43,301 nucleotides of DNA from a bacterium (GCA_018400675.1 JAGYMG010000001.1:1-43301); one strand, 5' to 3'. Shown: positions 15,324 through 24,871, counted from the stretch's first letter. The notes: generated by a model not told the origin, from the sequence alone. Numbers and translations are program-made.

Positions 15324-15953
15324 TTATTTTGAATAGAATTCAAAAACCGTTAATATATCGGCCGGAGGCAAGACTTCCTCTAAGGAGGGTGTACCAATAA
15401 TTTCGGCCTCTAATTTTTTAACATCAAACTTAATCCATCCAGGAAACTGAGTTTTACCAATATTAGTTAGGGTATCTTTAAAAAGTCCTTTCTTTTTTTT
15501 GCTTTCTTTGACAGCGATACGGTCACCTTTTTTCACCTCAAAGGAAGGAATATTAACCGCTCGGCCATTAACTAAAAAATAACCATGAGAAACCATTTGT
15601 CTGGCCATCCTTCTAGAAAGAGAAAGATTCATCCTAAAAATAACATTGTCTAATCTCATTTCTAATTTCTTGATAAATTCTTCAGGGAGATTTTTTACTC
15701 TCCCTTTCTTAGCTAAGACCTCTTCAACATACTTTTTGAATTGATATTCCTTAAGATTGTACCAATTCTTAAGTTTCTGTTTTTCTCTTAATTCTAAGCC
15801 ATAATCCGAGACACCTCTTCGCCTTTGTTTCTTTTTCTCTCCCGGAGCGTAAGCTCTTTTAACCATAGAACATTTTGGAGAAGAACAACGTTCCCCTTTC
15901 AAAAAGAGCTTCTGGCCTAAACGTCTACAAATTTTACAGGTGTTTTTTTCCAT
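15324..15953 (-). CDS. rpsD: 30S ribosomal protein S4 (with N-terminal Cys4 knuckle)
   Basis: CKICRRLG...CSSPKC, followed by an S4 RNA-binding domain (RLDNVIFRMNLSLSRRMARQMVSHGYFLVNG). Confidence 0.95.
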   Translation of the reverse strand: MEKNTCKICRRLGQKLFLKGERCSSPKCSMVKRAYAPGEKKKQRRRGVSDYGLELREKQKLKNWYNLKEYQFKKYVEEVLAKKGRVKNLPEEFIKKLEMRLDNVIFRMNLSLSRRMARQMVSHGYFLVNGRAVNIPSFEVKKGDRIAVKESKKKKGLFKDTLTNIGKTQFPGWIKFDVKKLEAEIIGTPSLEEVLPPADILTVFEFYSK

Positions 15954-15963
15954 AATAATGATA

Positions 15964-16416
15964 TTAGGGTCTTCTCACTTTCTTTGGTCGACACCCATTA
16001 TGGGGAATAGGTGTGACATCGTGAATAGAAATAATATTTAGTTCCTGGCCGGACAAAGAACGGATAGCAGAATTGCGACCACTAGCAATACCTTTAACGT
16101 AAACCTGAATATCTCTAATCTTAGCTCTCCTGGCTACATCAATAATAGCTGCAGCAACCTTGGAAGCAGCAAAAGAAGTGCCTTTTTTTGTCCCCTTAAA
16201 GCCAACTGAACCAGCGCTCTTCCAGGCCAAGACATTGCCTGTTATGTCAGTCAGGGTAATAATAGTATTGTTATAGGTTGAACTAATATAAACCTTCCCC
16301 TCTTTCAAACTAGAGGATGCTTTTGTTTTTGACTCTTTCCTCAAAGCCTTTTCTACTTGCTCTCTTTCCTTTAATAATTCCTCCTCGGTTTTTTGAATAA
16401 TTCGTTTCTTACCCAT
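15964..16416 (-). CDS. rpsK: 30S ribosomal protein S11
   Basis: NNTIITLTDITGNVLAWKSAG and a PHNGCRPKKVRR C-terminus. Confidence 0.95.
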   Translation of the reverse strand: MGKKRIIQKTEEELLKEREQVEKALRKESKTKASSSLKEGKVYISSTYNNTIITLTDITGNVLAWKSAGSVGFKGTKKGTSFAASKVAAAIIDVARRAKIRDIQVYVKGIASGRNSAIRSLSGQELNIISIHDVTPIPHNGCRPKKVRRP

Positions 16417-16452
16417 AGTAATTTAGTTATCTATTTATATGATTGGTTAATA

Positions 16453-16842
16453 TTATTTTGGAGCGGGTGCGCCTTTCTTCCCAGAGCCAACAGTTTTTCT
16501 CACATTGCCTCGCACAGTACGAGAATTCTTTCTTGTTTTTTGGCCTCTTACTGGCAACCCCTTTTTATGCCTTGAACCTCTCCAACAACCGATGGCCTTC
16601 AATCTCTTGATATCCTTGAGCAAATCTTTCCTTAGATCTCCTTCGGTTTTACAATAAGCATCAATACCCTTTTTAATTTTTAAAACTTCCTCTTCGGTCA
16701 ACTGGGAGGCTTTCTTGTCAGGTTTAATTTTTGCTTCGCTTAAGATTTTTTTACTCGAAGAACGACCTATTCCATAAATATAGGTAAGAGCAATTAATAT
16801 TTGTTTGTTTTCGGGAATATCTATCCCGGCTATACGTGGCAT
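16453..16842 (-). CDS. rpsM: 30S ribosomal protein S13
   Basis: MPRIAGIDIPENK, ALTYIYGIG, and RGQKTRKNSRT. Confidence 0.95.
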   Translation of the reverse strand: MPRIAGIDIPENKQILIALTYIYGIGRSSSKKILSEAKIKPDKKASQLTEEEVLKIKKGIDAYCKTEGDLRKDLLKDIKRLKAIGCWRGSRHKKGLPVRGQKTRKNSRTVRGNVRKTVGSGKKGAPAPK

Positions 16843-16868
16843 AATTAATAAAGAAAATTAGGCCGCAC

Positions 16869-16982
16869 CTATCTTTGGCGCTGCTTATGTTTAGGATTCT
16901 CACAGATTACATATACCCTTCCTTTCCTTTTGACAATTTTGCATTTCTTGCAAATTTTTTTGACAGATGATTTTACCTTCAT
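16869..16982 (-). CDS. rpmJ: 50S ribosomal protein L36 (Zn-binding form), 37 aa; not in the ORF track
   Basis: Hand translation gives [37 protein letters not shown] with a TAG stop. It sits in the canonical position between infA and rpsM. Confidence 0.9.
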   Translation of the reverse strand: MKVKSSVKKICKKCKIVKRKGRVYVICENPKHKQRQR

Positions 16983-17048
16983 AGCTTACCCTCTGAAGTT
17001 ATTAGGAATAGACCCTCTTATTCTTACTTCTCTAAGATGGCGATTGCT

Positions 17049-17264
17049 TTATTTTAAACGGTAAACAATCCTCCCCCTATTTTCATCATAGGGACTCATC
17101 TCCACCAAAACTTTATCTCCGGCCAAAATTTTAATACGGAATCTTTTGAGTTTACCAGAGAGATAAGCTAATATCTCCTTGCCATCTTCTAACTCAACTC
17201 TAAAACTAAGACTGGGTAAAGATTCAATGACTCTTCCTTGCTTTCTTATAGCTTTATTTTTCAT
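17049..17264 (-). CDS. infA: Translation initiation factor IF-1
   Basis: 71-aa S1-like fold with GRVIESLPSLSFRVELEDGKEILAYLSGKLKRFRIKILAGDKV. Confidence 0.95.
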   Translation of the reverse strand: MKNKAIRKQGRVIESLPSLSFRVELEDGKEILAYLSGKLKRFRIKILAGDKVLVEMSPYDENRGRIVYRLK

Positions 17265-17285
17265 TATTCCTATAAACAGTTATCA

Positions 17286-17314
17286 AAGATAACAAATTTA
17301 TTCTCCAAAGTCAA
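17286..17314 (-). promoter_or_regulatory. Candidate promoter for infA-rpmJ-rpsM... (TTGACT-17-TATCTT with upstream TGT)
   Basis: On the minus strand: TTGACT at 17309-17314, a 17-nt spacer, and TATCTT at 17286-17291. The palindrome GTTATC-ttt-GATAAC overlaps the -10. Confidence 0.4.
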
Positions 17315-17349
17315 GTTTGGAGATAGTGAGAGTAGTATCCAAAAAAGTT

Positions 17350-18645
17350 TTATTTCTTTAATTGAATATTTATCTCTATTCTCTCAACATTATCCGGGAC
17401 AGACTTAATCCAAAAAGGCCAGAACTTAATCTTTACTTTCTCAACTTCGGAGAAACTCCTGAAAATAATTTCTTTTATTTCTTCTTCATTCTTCCCCTTG
17501 ATAGCTCCTTTTAATTTTCCCTTATTAATATCATCATAGACTGCAACGGATATGTCAAAATCTAGCCTCATTTCTTCTTCGGCTTGGTTGGGATAAGCAT
17601 TAAGATTGTCTATAATCAAAAGATCCTCAATTATTTTCTGGCTAGCAGAGACATCATCAAGAATAATATCTCTGGATAAATCCCGAAGCAAAGACTTTTT
17701 AAAAGCTAAAACAGTAATATTGGCCGTACCCTGACAATGAAAACTATCTTTCTTTTCAGCTACTGCTCCTGAGCAATTAGTTTCAATTGTTCTTTCAAAT
17801 ATAGCTGAAGATAAAAATATAAAATCTTCTCCCACGCTGGCCTCTAGTTCCTGACAGGCCTGACGGTCTAGTTGATCTTTTAGGGATTCTTTGGCTCTTT
17901 CAATGTCTTCTTCACTAATCTCTTTAACCTGGTTAGAAAAACCGCCGGTCATAGGACTATCTGATTCAGCATAGACTTGGTAATAGAGCGAGCTGCCGAC
18001 TAAACCAGGGAGAGAAAACGTGGCAGGACCTATATTATATTTCTCGCCAGCTTCCATAGCAATAACCTCTACTTCAGCCGTTCCGGGGACGCTTTTCCCA
18101 CCTTCCTGATGAGCCCCTGGCAAATAAACCCGGTCAGGCATTTGAAAATATTTTCCTTCTGTTGAAGAAAGAAAACGTGTCGTTGCTTTTAGATTAATAG
18201 ATTCCTCATAGTTATTATAAATTGTAATAGTGCCTTTGGCTCTGCCTTCTTCTTGAGAAAGACCAGTAGCTGCAAATTCTCGAGAGCCGGTTTTTTCTAT
18301 TTCAAAAAATTGGCCTGGCATAATCCCCTCTTCAATATTAACTGATTCAATCTGGCTGCTGACTATCGCTTTTTCTCCTTCAAAGATTTTTTCCTCCTGG
18401 AAGGGCTGAAGAGTTATTGCCGAATAAGCCTGAGAGTTAATAATTAAAAAAAGAAGAAAAAGAACAACAAAAATGGCAGCCAATTTCCAAACAAAATAAG
18501 GCTTCTTAGCAATAGGTCTTTGCTCTTTTTTTTCTAGTCTTGTCTTTTTCTCCCGCATTCTTTCTTTTATCCCTTTTCTCTCTTCTTTTTTTTCTTTCAG
18601 AGATTTATAGCCAGGAGGCAGAATATCAAATATTTTTTTAGACAT
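17350..18645 (-). CDS. Hypothetical membrane-anchored protein (K/E-rich cytoplasmic tail, one TM helix, large extracytoplasmic domain)
   Basis: 431 aa with a TM segment (FVWKLAAIFVVLFLLFLIINS) at about residues 51-71. I recognise no family motifs. Confidence 0.5.
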   Translation of the reverse strand: MSKKIFDILPPGYKSLKEKKEERKGIKERMREKKTRLEKKEQRPIAKKPYFVWKLAAIFVVLFLLFLIINSQAYSAITLQPFQEEKIFEGEKAIVSSQIESVNIEEGIMPGQFFEIEKTGSREFAATGLSQEEGRAKGTITIYNNYEESINLKATTRFLSSTEGKYFQMPDRVYLPGAHQEGGKSVPGTAEVEVIAMEAGEKYNIGPATFSLPGLVGSSLYYQVYAESDSPMTGGFSNQVKEISEEDIERAKESLKDQLDRQACQELEASVGEDFIFLSSAIFERTIETNCSGAVAEKKDSFHCQGTANITVLAFKKSLLRDLSRDIILDDVSASQKIIEDLLIIDNLNAYPNQAEEEMRLDFDISVAVYDDINKGKLKGAIKGKNEEEIKEIIFRSFSEVEKVKIKFWPFWIKSVPDNVERIEINIQLKK

Positions 18646-18655
18646 ATTAATTACT

Positions 18656-19840
18656 TTATTTTAAAGCCAAAGCCAGAAGACTAATACCTGTCTCTTGAGG
18701 ACCTTTAAGCAACCCGGTTTTATCTTTTATCGGCAAGTCGCAGGGAGAGAAAAAATTAACTCTAGGAGATTCCAGAATAGCCAGATGATCCCAGTCGCCT
18801 CCCCTTAGCATCTTTTTAATTATTGAGAGTAAGCTATCCTGGCCGAAAAGATATATTCCCTCCGGGAAAACAAAATGAAATTTATACTGGGACTGTTTCA
18901 GTTCTTTCTTTAAACGGCTGAACCAAGTAGTTAAGGGTTTTGAGAGTATCTCTTCTATAATCTTTTCTGTCCCCCGACTAAATTTTCTATTGCCAAATCT
19001 ATTCTTCAAATGCTCTGCCTCCCGTTCTGACAAACCCAATCGTTCCGACAAAGCCCTGTTAAAGATATTACCACCTAAGTCTAATTCTGTCATCCATTTA
19101 AGGATTCCTTTCTCTATCAAAAAAACTTGGCTAAAGTTGGGGCCGATTTCCACAAACATACCGGAAAAGTTGTTTTTGCTTGATAACCAAGAGACTAAAC
19201 CTTCAACCGGATGGACAATCATAAAATCCCGAGAGCCTAATATTTCTTCTAGATCATAGAGGATGCCTGAGATACTTTTGAATAAGAATAGGGTGAGGAC
19301 TCTGAACTCAAAAGCACCTCCTTTGTGACCAAGAATACCTTTGACGGGATAACCGGATATTTTTTCTTCAACTATCTTTCTTTCCAGGGTTTGAAATTCA
19401 TTAATAGGAAAACCAAGAAAGTTAGCGGCTTCTTCTTTAGCTTTTTTCTCGCCTTGATTCAAGACCGCCTTGAGAATAACTCTTTCTTCCTTTTGGCTGA
19501 TCTCTTTTTTGGCCCTTTTTCTCTGATAGTCAACCTTAGCTATCCTCCCCTTAAAGACGTCCGGACTGGGATTTAACAAAATCTTTGGCAATTTTCCTTT
19601 TTCCAAATCTAATCCCTTCAAGACTTTGTTAATAGTATTCTTTAGCAAGTCTTTTTCAAAATCACGGCTCTGGAAAACGCCAAAGCGGTCAAAATCTTCT
19701 GCAGCAAATTTAATAACAGAAAAATTATTGTCTGACTTTCTCAACACCAACCCTTGAACCTCAAAAGAGTTTATTCTCAATACTAAAAAATCATCTTGTC
19801 TGGTTTTCTTTTTTAAAAAAGATAAAAAACTAGAAAACAT
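18656..19840 (-). CDS. FtsA/PilM-like actin-fold ATPase
   Basis: 394 aa. The segment MFVEIGPNFSQVFLIEKG...LDLGGNIFNRALSERLGLSEREAEHLKNRFG matches the FtsA/PilM pattern (DxG...GG..f...i......AE.lK). Confidence 0.5.
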   Translation of the reverse strand: MFSSFLSFLKKKTRQDDFLVLRINSFEVQGLVLRKSDNNFSVIKFAAEDFDRFGVFQSRDFEKDLLKNTINKVLKGLDLEKGKLPKILLNPSPDVFKGRIAKVDYQRKRAKKEISQKEERVILKAVLNQGEKKAKEEAANFLGFPINEFQTLERKIVEEKISGYPVKGILGHKGGAFEFRVLTLFLFKSISGILYDLEEILGSRDFMIVHPVEGLVSWLSSKNNFSGMFVEIGPNFSQVFLIEKGILKWMTELDLGGNIFNRALSERLGLSEREAEHLKNRFGNRKFSRGTEKIIEEILSKPLTTWFSRLKKELKQSQYKFHFVFPEGIYLFGQDSLLSIIKKMLRGGDWDHLAILESPRVNFFSPCDLPIKDKTGLLKGPQETGISLLALALK

Positions 19841-19849
19841 TTTAAAAAA

Positions 19850-21694
19850 TTATTTTAGAGTTGCTTTAATTCTCCTTACACCAGCGCTGGAAGATTCTTC
19901 CTTGATAATCTTGAATACTCCTAGTTGTCCTGTTTCCTTTAAATGAGGACCTTTACAAATTTCTTTTGAAAAAACTTTTCCTGTCCTAGGATTAAAAACT
20001 TTATAGACATAAACCTCTGGAGGATATTCTTCCCGAAAGAAAGAAAGAGCACCTGAACGCAGGGCTGCCTCCAAAGACATTTTTTCTTTCTCCACTTTAA
20101 GGTTCTCTTTGATCGTTTGATTTACTAAATCCTCTACCTGTTTAATCTCTTCAGCGCTCATTTTGCGGGGAAAAGAAAAATCAAAACGTAATCTCTGGCT
20201 ATTAATATCAGAGCCCTTCTGTTCTACGGTAGGTCCTAAAACAAGCCTTAAAGCAGCCTGGAGAAGATGCGTGGCTGTGTGGAGCTGCTTAAGAATACTG
20301 TCATCTGATTCTTCTCCACTCAGCCCATGCCCCCCAAATTTTTTATCAGCTCCCTGGCGAGAAATCTTTTGGTGTTTTTCAAATTCTTCCTGGAATTTGT
20401 CTTTCTCAATTTCAAAACCGTTTTCTGCAGCTAACTCTTGGGTGAGCTCCAAGGGAAAGCCATAACTTTGATAAAGATCAAAAACTAATTTCCCTTTGAT
20501 TAATTTCTTTTCTCCCCTTTCTTCTGTCCCACTAATAATCTTTTTAAGCTGACTCAAGCCCTTGCTTAAAGTCTTTCCGAATTTATCTTCTTCTTTTTCT
20601 ATAACCGTAACAATCTCTGATTCCTTTCTTTTGATTGCTGGATAAATTTCTCCGTAGATTTTTATTAATTCTTTAATAAGTCCAAGATACCAATATTCCT
20701 TTAGATCTAAGATTTTAGCATATCGAATAGAGCGGCGGAGTAATCTTCTTAAGATATACCCTCGGCCAAGGTTATCTGGTAAAATACCATCACCAATCAG
20801 GAAAAGAGAGCCCCTTATATGGTCAGCAATAATACGAAAGGCTTTTTTATTCTCTTCGTATTTCTTATCAGTACTGGTTTCAATTGTTGCTATCAGGGGT
20901 TGGAAAAGATCGGTTTCATAGCTAGATTCTTTACCTGCTAGGATAGTCACTAAACGTTCAAAACCTATGCCTGTATCCACATTCTGCTGGGGTAGTTTAA
21001 GATATTTATATCCCCCCTTATTATCCTTCAACCGATTGTATTCCATAAAAACCAGATTCCATAATTCTACAAAGCGCTGACAGTGAGAACAATTGGGCCC
21101 ACACTCTTTATTATCACAGCCGAATGATTCTCCCCGATCATAATGAATCTCAGAACAGGGACCACACGGCCCTTCATCCAAAACAGGTCCCCAGAAGTTG
21201 TCGCTCATACCAAACTCTTTGATGTGATTATCGGGGATACCATGGTTCTGCCAAATAGCAAGCGCTTCCTGATCCCGCGGTATTTCTTTATTGCCCTTGA
21301 ATATAGTTACCCATAACTTATCTTTATCTAAGCCTAATTCCTTAACAAAGAAATCAAGCGCGTATTCAATTGCTTTTTCTTTAAAATAACCCCCTTCTTT
21401 TTCTCCTCCGATTGACCAATTGCCCAGCATTTCAAAAAAAGTATGGTGAGAAATATCACCTACTTCCTCAATATCATTAGTCCTAAAACACTTCTGGCAA
21501 GAAGTTAATAAGCGGGAGCCAAATTCTTCCAGCGGGTTTTTTTGCCCTGACAAAACATCGTTAAACTGTTGCATCCCCGCTGTTGTAAAGAGAACTGTCT
21601 CATCGTCAGGAACAAGCGAGTGTGATGGAACAATCTTATGCCCCTTTGCTTTAAAAAAATCTAAAAATTTTTGCCTTATTTCTTTTGATTCCAT
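19850..21694 (-). CDS. alaS: Alanine--tRNA ligase, short form (catalytic + editing domains, no C-Ala domain)
   Basis: N-terminal FLDFFKAKGHKIVPSHSLVP, FTTAGMQQF and WGPCGPCSEIHYD. Editing motifs are HTATHLLQAALR and CKGPH. It is 614 aa where about 870 is usual. Confidence 0.9.
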   Translation of the reverse strand: MESKEIRQKFLDFFKAKGHKIVPSHSLVPDDETVLFTTAGMQQFNDVLSGQKNPLEEFGSRLLTSCQKCFRTNDIEEVGDISHHTFFEMLGNWSIGGEKEGGYFKEKAIEYALDFFVKELGLDKDKLWVTIFKGNKEIPRDQEALAIWQNHGIPDNHIKEFGMSDNFWGPVLDEGPCGPCSEIHYDRGESFGCDNKECGPNCSHCQRFVELWNLVFMEYNRLKDNKGGYKYLKLPQQNVDTGIGFERLVTILAGKESSYETDLFQPLIATIETSTDKKYEENKKAFRIIADHIRGSLFLIGDGILPDNLGRGYILRRLLRRSIRYAKILDLKEYWYLGLIKELIKIYGEIYPAIKRKESEIVTVIEKEEDKFGKTLSKGLSQLKKIISGTEERGEKKLIKGKLVFDLYQSYGFPLELTQELAAENGFEIEKDKFQEEFEKHQKISRQGADKKFGGHGLSGEESDDSILKQLHTATHLLQAALRLVLGPTVEQKGSDINSQRLRFDFSFPRKMSAEEIKQVEDLVNQTIKENLKVEKEKMSLEAALRSGALSFFREEYPPEVYVYKVFNPRTGKVFSKEICKGPHLKETGQLGVFKIIKEESSSAGVRRIKATLK

Positions 21695-21705
21695 ACGTGT
21701 CTCTA

Positions 21706-22224
21706 TTAAGCAAACCTGTCAGCTACTATTGAGGCGGCGAAAGAATCCGGCTTTATTTTCGCCTCAAAGCCATTGCTCTTGATCAAGCTAATGACCTCTT
21801 TGATCATATCCCGGGTCTTACCTTTCTCACCGATATCCGCATGAATATAGCGACACTGATATTTGAGTTTGCTCTGTGAGTTATCCACCATAGTCTTTAG
21901 ACCATCCCTAAGCGAGAGAGCAAATTCACAGGAAATTAAAATCTCCTGGAGTATCCTTTGGTGAAGATTATAAAACTTCCTGGTTTCAGGATAACGGATC
22001 TTCTTAAAAAAGAAGCGTCCGCCATGACCTACCCTCAAAACGACTATAGCTACTGGAAAAGCAGGTCGCTCTTCAGAAGTAGAGTCGCAGCCAACAACAA
22101 TATCATAAAACTTCCCCGGATCATCGTTCATATAATCAAAAACCGCCCGCACTACTGCTTTAAAATCAAGTGCCCCCAGATGGGGATTAAAAAAATCTGT
22201 TATTGTAGTATCGTTATCACTCAT
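21706..22224 (-). CDS. YkuK/DUF458-like RNase H-fold protein
   Basis: 172 aa, the same size class as YkuK, with VVGCDS and later HADIGEKG motifs. Assigned from memory of the family only. Confidence 0.5.
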   Translation of the reverse strand: MSDNDTTITDFFNPHLGALDFKAVVRAVFDYMNDDPGKFYDIVVGCDSTSEERPAFPVAIVVLRVGHGGRFFFKKIRYPETRKFYNLHQRILQEILISCEFALSLRDGLKTMVDNSQSKLKYQCRYIHADIGEKGKTRDMIKEVISLIKSNGFEAKIKPDSFAASIVADRFA

Positions 22225-22245
22225 TATATCGTCTAGAGCTAATCA

Positions 22246-23001
22246 TTATAGCCCTTCTAGTATTTTTATCATCTTAGCAAATTCCTTGGGTCTTAAGGAG
22301 CTACCTCCGACTAAAAACCCGTCTAAGGCTAATCCTTTAGTATAATTCAATAGATTCTCACTGTCTACACTGCCTCCATAAAGAATCGCTATTTGCTCGG
22401 CAGTTTTTTTATTTGCCCAACGGGTTATTGTTTTTTTAATAAAGAGAGCCACTGTCATCACTTGGTTTTCCTCACAAGGAGTACCTTGGCCGATTGCCCA
22501 GACAGGCTCATAAGCAATAATTATCTTGGCTAAATCCTTTTTCTTAATATCTTTAAGATCTTCTCTTAGTTGCCTTTCTAAGACCTTAAAGGTCCTTCCC
22601 TTATGCTTATCTTCTTTTTCTTCTCCGATACAAAGAATTGGTCTCATTTTTGCTTCCAACACTTTTTTTATTTTTTTATTTATAACCCTATCTCCCTCCT
22701 CAAGGATATTCCTTCGTTCAGAGTGACCAATAATAACATAATGACAGCCCATGTCCTTTAACATCTTGGCTGAAATCTCTCCGGTATAACTGCCTTTATC
22801 CGCCCAAAAACAGTTCTGAGCCCCTTTCTTTGCTTTAGGTAGAACCTTGCCTAGTTGGGCAAGATAAACAAAAGGCGGCGCAATGACAACTTCAACTTTT
22901 CTCAACTGCTTGATATTTTTTTTAAGAGCAGAGAGAATAGCCTTAGACTCCTTCTGACTAGTAGGGTTACACTTCCAATTGGCAACGAGGAGTTTTTTCA
23001 T
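22246..23001 (-). CDS. tpiA: Triosephosphate isomerase
   Basis: ANWKCN, IIGHSERR, AYEPVWAIGQG, and LYGGSV. Confidence 0.95.
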   Translation of the reverse strand: MKKLLVANWKCNPTSQKESKAILSALKKNIKQLRKVEVVIAPPFVYLAQLGKVLPKAKKGAQNCFWADKGSYTGEISAKMLKDMGCHYVIIGHSERRNILEEGDRVINKKIKKVLEAKMRPILCIGEEKEDKHKGRTFKVLERQLREDLKDIKKKDLAKIIIAYEPVWAIGQGTPCEENQVMTVALFIKKTITRWANKKTAEQIAILYGGSVDSENLLNYTKGLALDGFLVGGSSLRPKEFAKMIKILEGL

Positions 23002-23003
23002 AA

Positions 23004-24044
23004 TTAATCCTTTAGTTTTATTTTTTCCCGCAGCATGCTAGCTGATCTCTCCGGTTCTATCACTGAAATCTCCATACGGGTACCAATCTCAAAACCAGCC
23101 CAGGTGGCTGTCTTAGGAAGAATTGTCCAGTGCCAATGATAATAATTAAACCGGCCGGCATCGCACGGAGCGCTGTGCAAATAAAAATTATAAGGAGGAT
23201 CGCCGAGAAGATGGTAGAGGGCACTAAAAGCAGCCTTAAACGCTTCGGCTAAAGACCATTTTTCTTTTTCTTTTATCTCTTCAAAATTAGACAAGTGCTC
23301 CTTGGGTGAAATAATCATCTGAAAAGCTGCCTTAGAAGCAAAAGGGCAGACAACTAAAAAATCTTTGTTTTCAAAAACTATTCTCTCTCGGACTTTTTGG
23401 TCCCACTTGTTCATTTCGCAATAAACACATTTTTTGTTTTTCTTATAATAGCTTTGAGCGTTCTCTAAGGCTCGAATAAGATCAACATCAATGAGAGGAG
23501 TGGTAATAATTTGAGAATGAGGGTGGCTCAAAGAAGCACCGGCCTCAGCCCCATGATTATGGAAAATAGAAATATAATTAACAAACTTTTTTTCCATTAA
23601 AGAGAGATAACGACCCTGATAGGTGTCTATTAATTCCTTAATCTCCTTAACCTCAAATTGAGCAATTTGTTTTTCGTGATCTCGGGTAACGACTACCTCG
23701 TGGTAACCAACCGAATTCATCTTCTTATAAAGATCCCCTTCCATGCTTTCGCCTAAATTATCGCTCGGGAAAACAGCCGGATACTTGTTGGGGATAACAA
23801 TTGTTGTCCAGTCTTTGGGGATCCCCTTTCCCAAAGGAACCCTGTCACCCTTGCGATATATCAAGGTTGGCTTTTTCTGGGTTTCAATATTACAAAAGGG
23901 GCAATCTTTTTTGGCTAATGTTAATTTCTTTCTCTTCTTGATCTTAAAAGATGTAGGTCTTTTCCCTCTGCCAGAAGCAATAATAACCCAATCCTTAGAA
24001 ACAATATCAAAACGTAATTCTGAAGAAAGTTTTTCCTTTTTCAT
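23004..24044 (-). CDS. galT: Galactose-1-phosphate uridylyltransferase (HIT-superfamily nucleotidyltransferase)
   Basis: Zn site CPFC, the active-site HPHSQI (HxHxQ), and a length of 346 aa. Confidence 0.8.
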   Translation of the reverse strand: MKKEKLSSELRFDIVSKDWVIIASGRGKRPTSFKIKKRKKLTLAKKDCPFCNIETQKKPTLIYRKGDRVPLGKGIPKDWTTIVIPNKYPAVFPSDNLGESMEGDLYKKMNSVGYHEVVVTRDHEKQIAQFEVKEIKELIDTYQGRYLSLMEKKFVNYISIFHNHGAEAGASLSHPHSQIITTPLIDVDLIRALENAQSYYKKNKKCVYCEMNKWDQKVRERIVFENKDFLVVCPFASKAAFQMIISPKEHLSNFEEIKEKEKWSLAEAFKAAFSALYHLLGDPPYNFYLHSAPCDAGRFNYYHWHWTILPKTATWAGFEIGTRMEISVIEPERSASMLREKIKLKD

Positions 24045-24772
24045 ATTTTTTTAAGATTATACTGCTGGGTGATAAGATTCCACCTTATCTTGAATAAGTC
24101 TACAGCCATACGTAGAGTATGTTTAAGCTTAACCTTACTCTGCAAGTCATTTTTCCAAAGGACTGGAATTTCCTTTATCTTATAACCTTTCTTCTTGGCA
24201 ATAATAAGCATCTCAGGATCAAAAGCCCAACGGTCAATTTTACATTCGGGCAAAATATCTTCAGCCAATGCTCTGGTCAGCCCCTTAAAACCACACTGGG
24301 TATCCCAGATACCCCAGAGACCAACAACTATCTGAACCATAAGATTAAAAATATCCCCTATTCTCTGACGCAGCCAGGGCTGAGGAGGGTCAAGCACAGC
24401 TCCTTTTATATCCCGGGAACCGATAACATAATCGTAGCCCTTCTCAAATGCGGGCAGCATTTTTTTTAAATGATTTATATGAGTAGAATTATCGGCATCA
24501 GTAAAAAGACGGTAATCACCGCTTGCTGCCAATAAGCCCTGTCTGACAACATAACCTTTACCATGATTGTCCTTGTTGTCAATAACTGTTAGGTTCTTAA
24601 CAATAGAATTGAGCGAGCGAGCCACCTCAACAGTTTTATCCTGAGAGCCATCACTAACTATAATAATCTCCCAACTATAATGCTGATCAGAAAGATATTT
24701 ATTGATAGATTTTATTGTCCCTGGTAATCTTTTTTCTTCATTATAGGCAGGGATAATCACTGAAAGATACAT
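24041..24772 (-). CDS. Family 2 glycosyltransferase (dolichyl/polyprenyl-phosphate glycosyltransferase-like)
   Basis: LSVIIPAYNEE, IIVSDGSQDKT, and the FTDADNS DxD motif. Confidence 0.8.
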   Translation of the reverse strand: MYLSVIIPAYNEEKRLPGTIKSINKYLSDQHYSWEIIIVSDGSQDKTVEVARSLNSIVKNLTVIDNKDNHGKGYVVRQGLLAASGDYRLFTDADNSTHINHLKKMLPAFEKGYDYVIGSRDIKGAVLDPPQPWLRQRIGDIFNLMVQIVVGLWGIWDTQCGFKGLTRALAEDILPECKIDRWAFDPEMLIIAKKKGYKIKEIPVLWKNDLQSKVKLKHTLRMAVDLFKIRWNLITQQYNLKKI

Positions 24773-24827
24773 ATTTACTAATATTATTGAACACCTTCTA
24801 ATATAATAACAAATTTTAGAGAAAACT

Positions 24828-24860
24828 AAAACGGCTCATTGCACTCTTGAGCCGTTTTTT
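24828..24860 (-). terminator. Intrinsic terminator after map (ACGGCTCA-N9-TGAGCCGT flanked by A/T runs; bidirectional form)
   Basis: An 8-bp perfect stem (24831-24838 with 24848-24855) has T-runs on both sides. It separates the spc-type operon from the glycosyltransferase block. Confidence 0.6.
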
Positions 24861-24871
24861 AGTATCAACCA

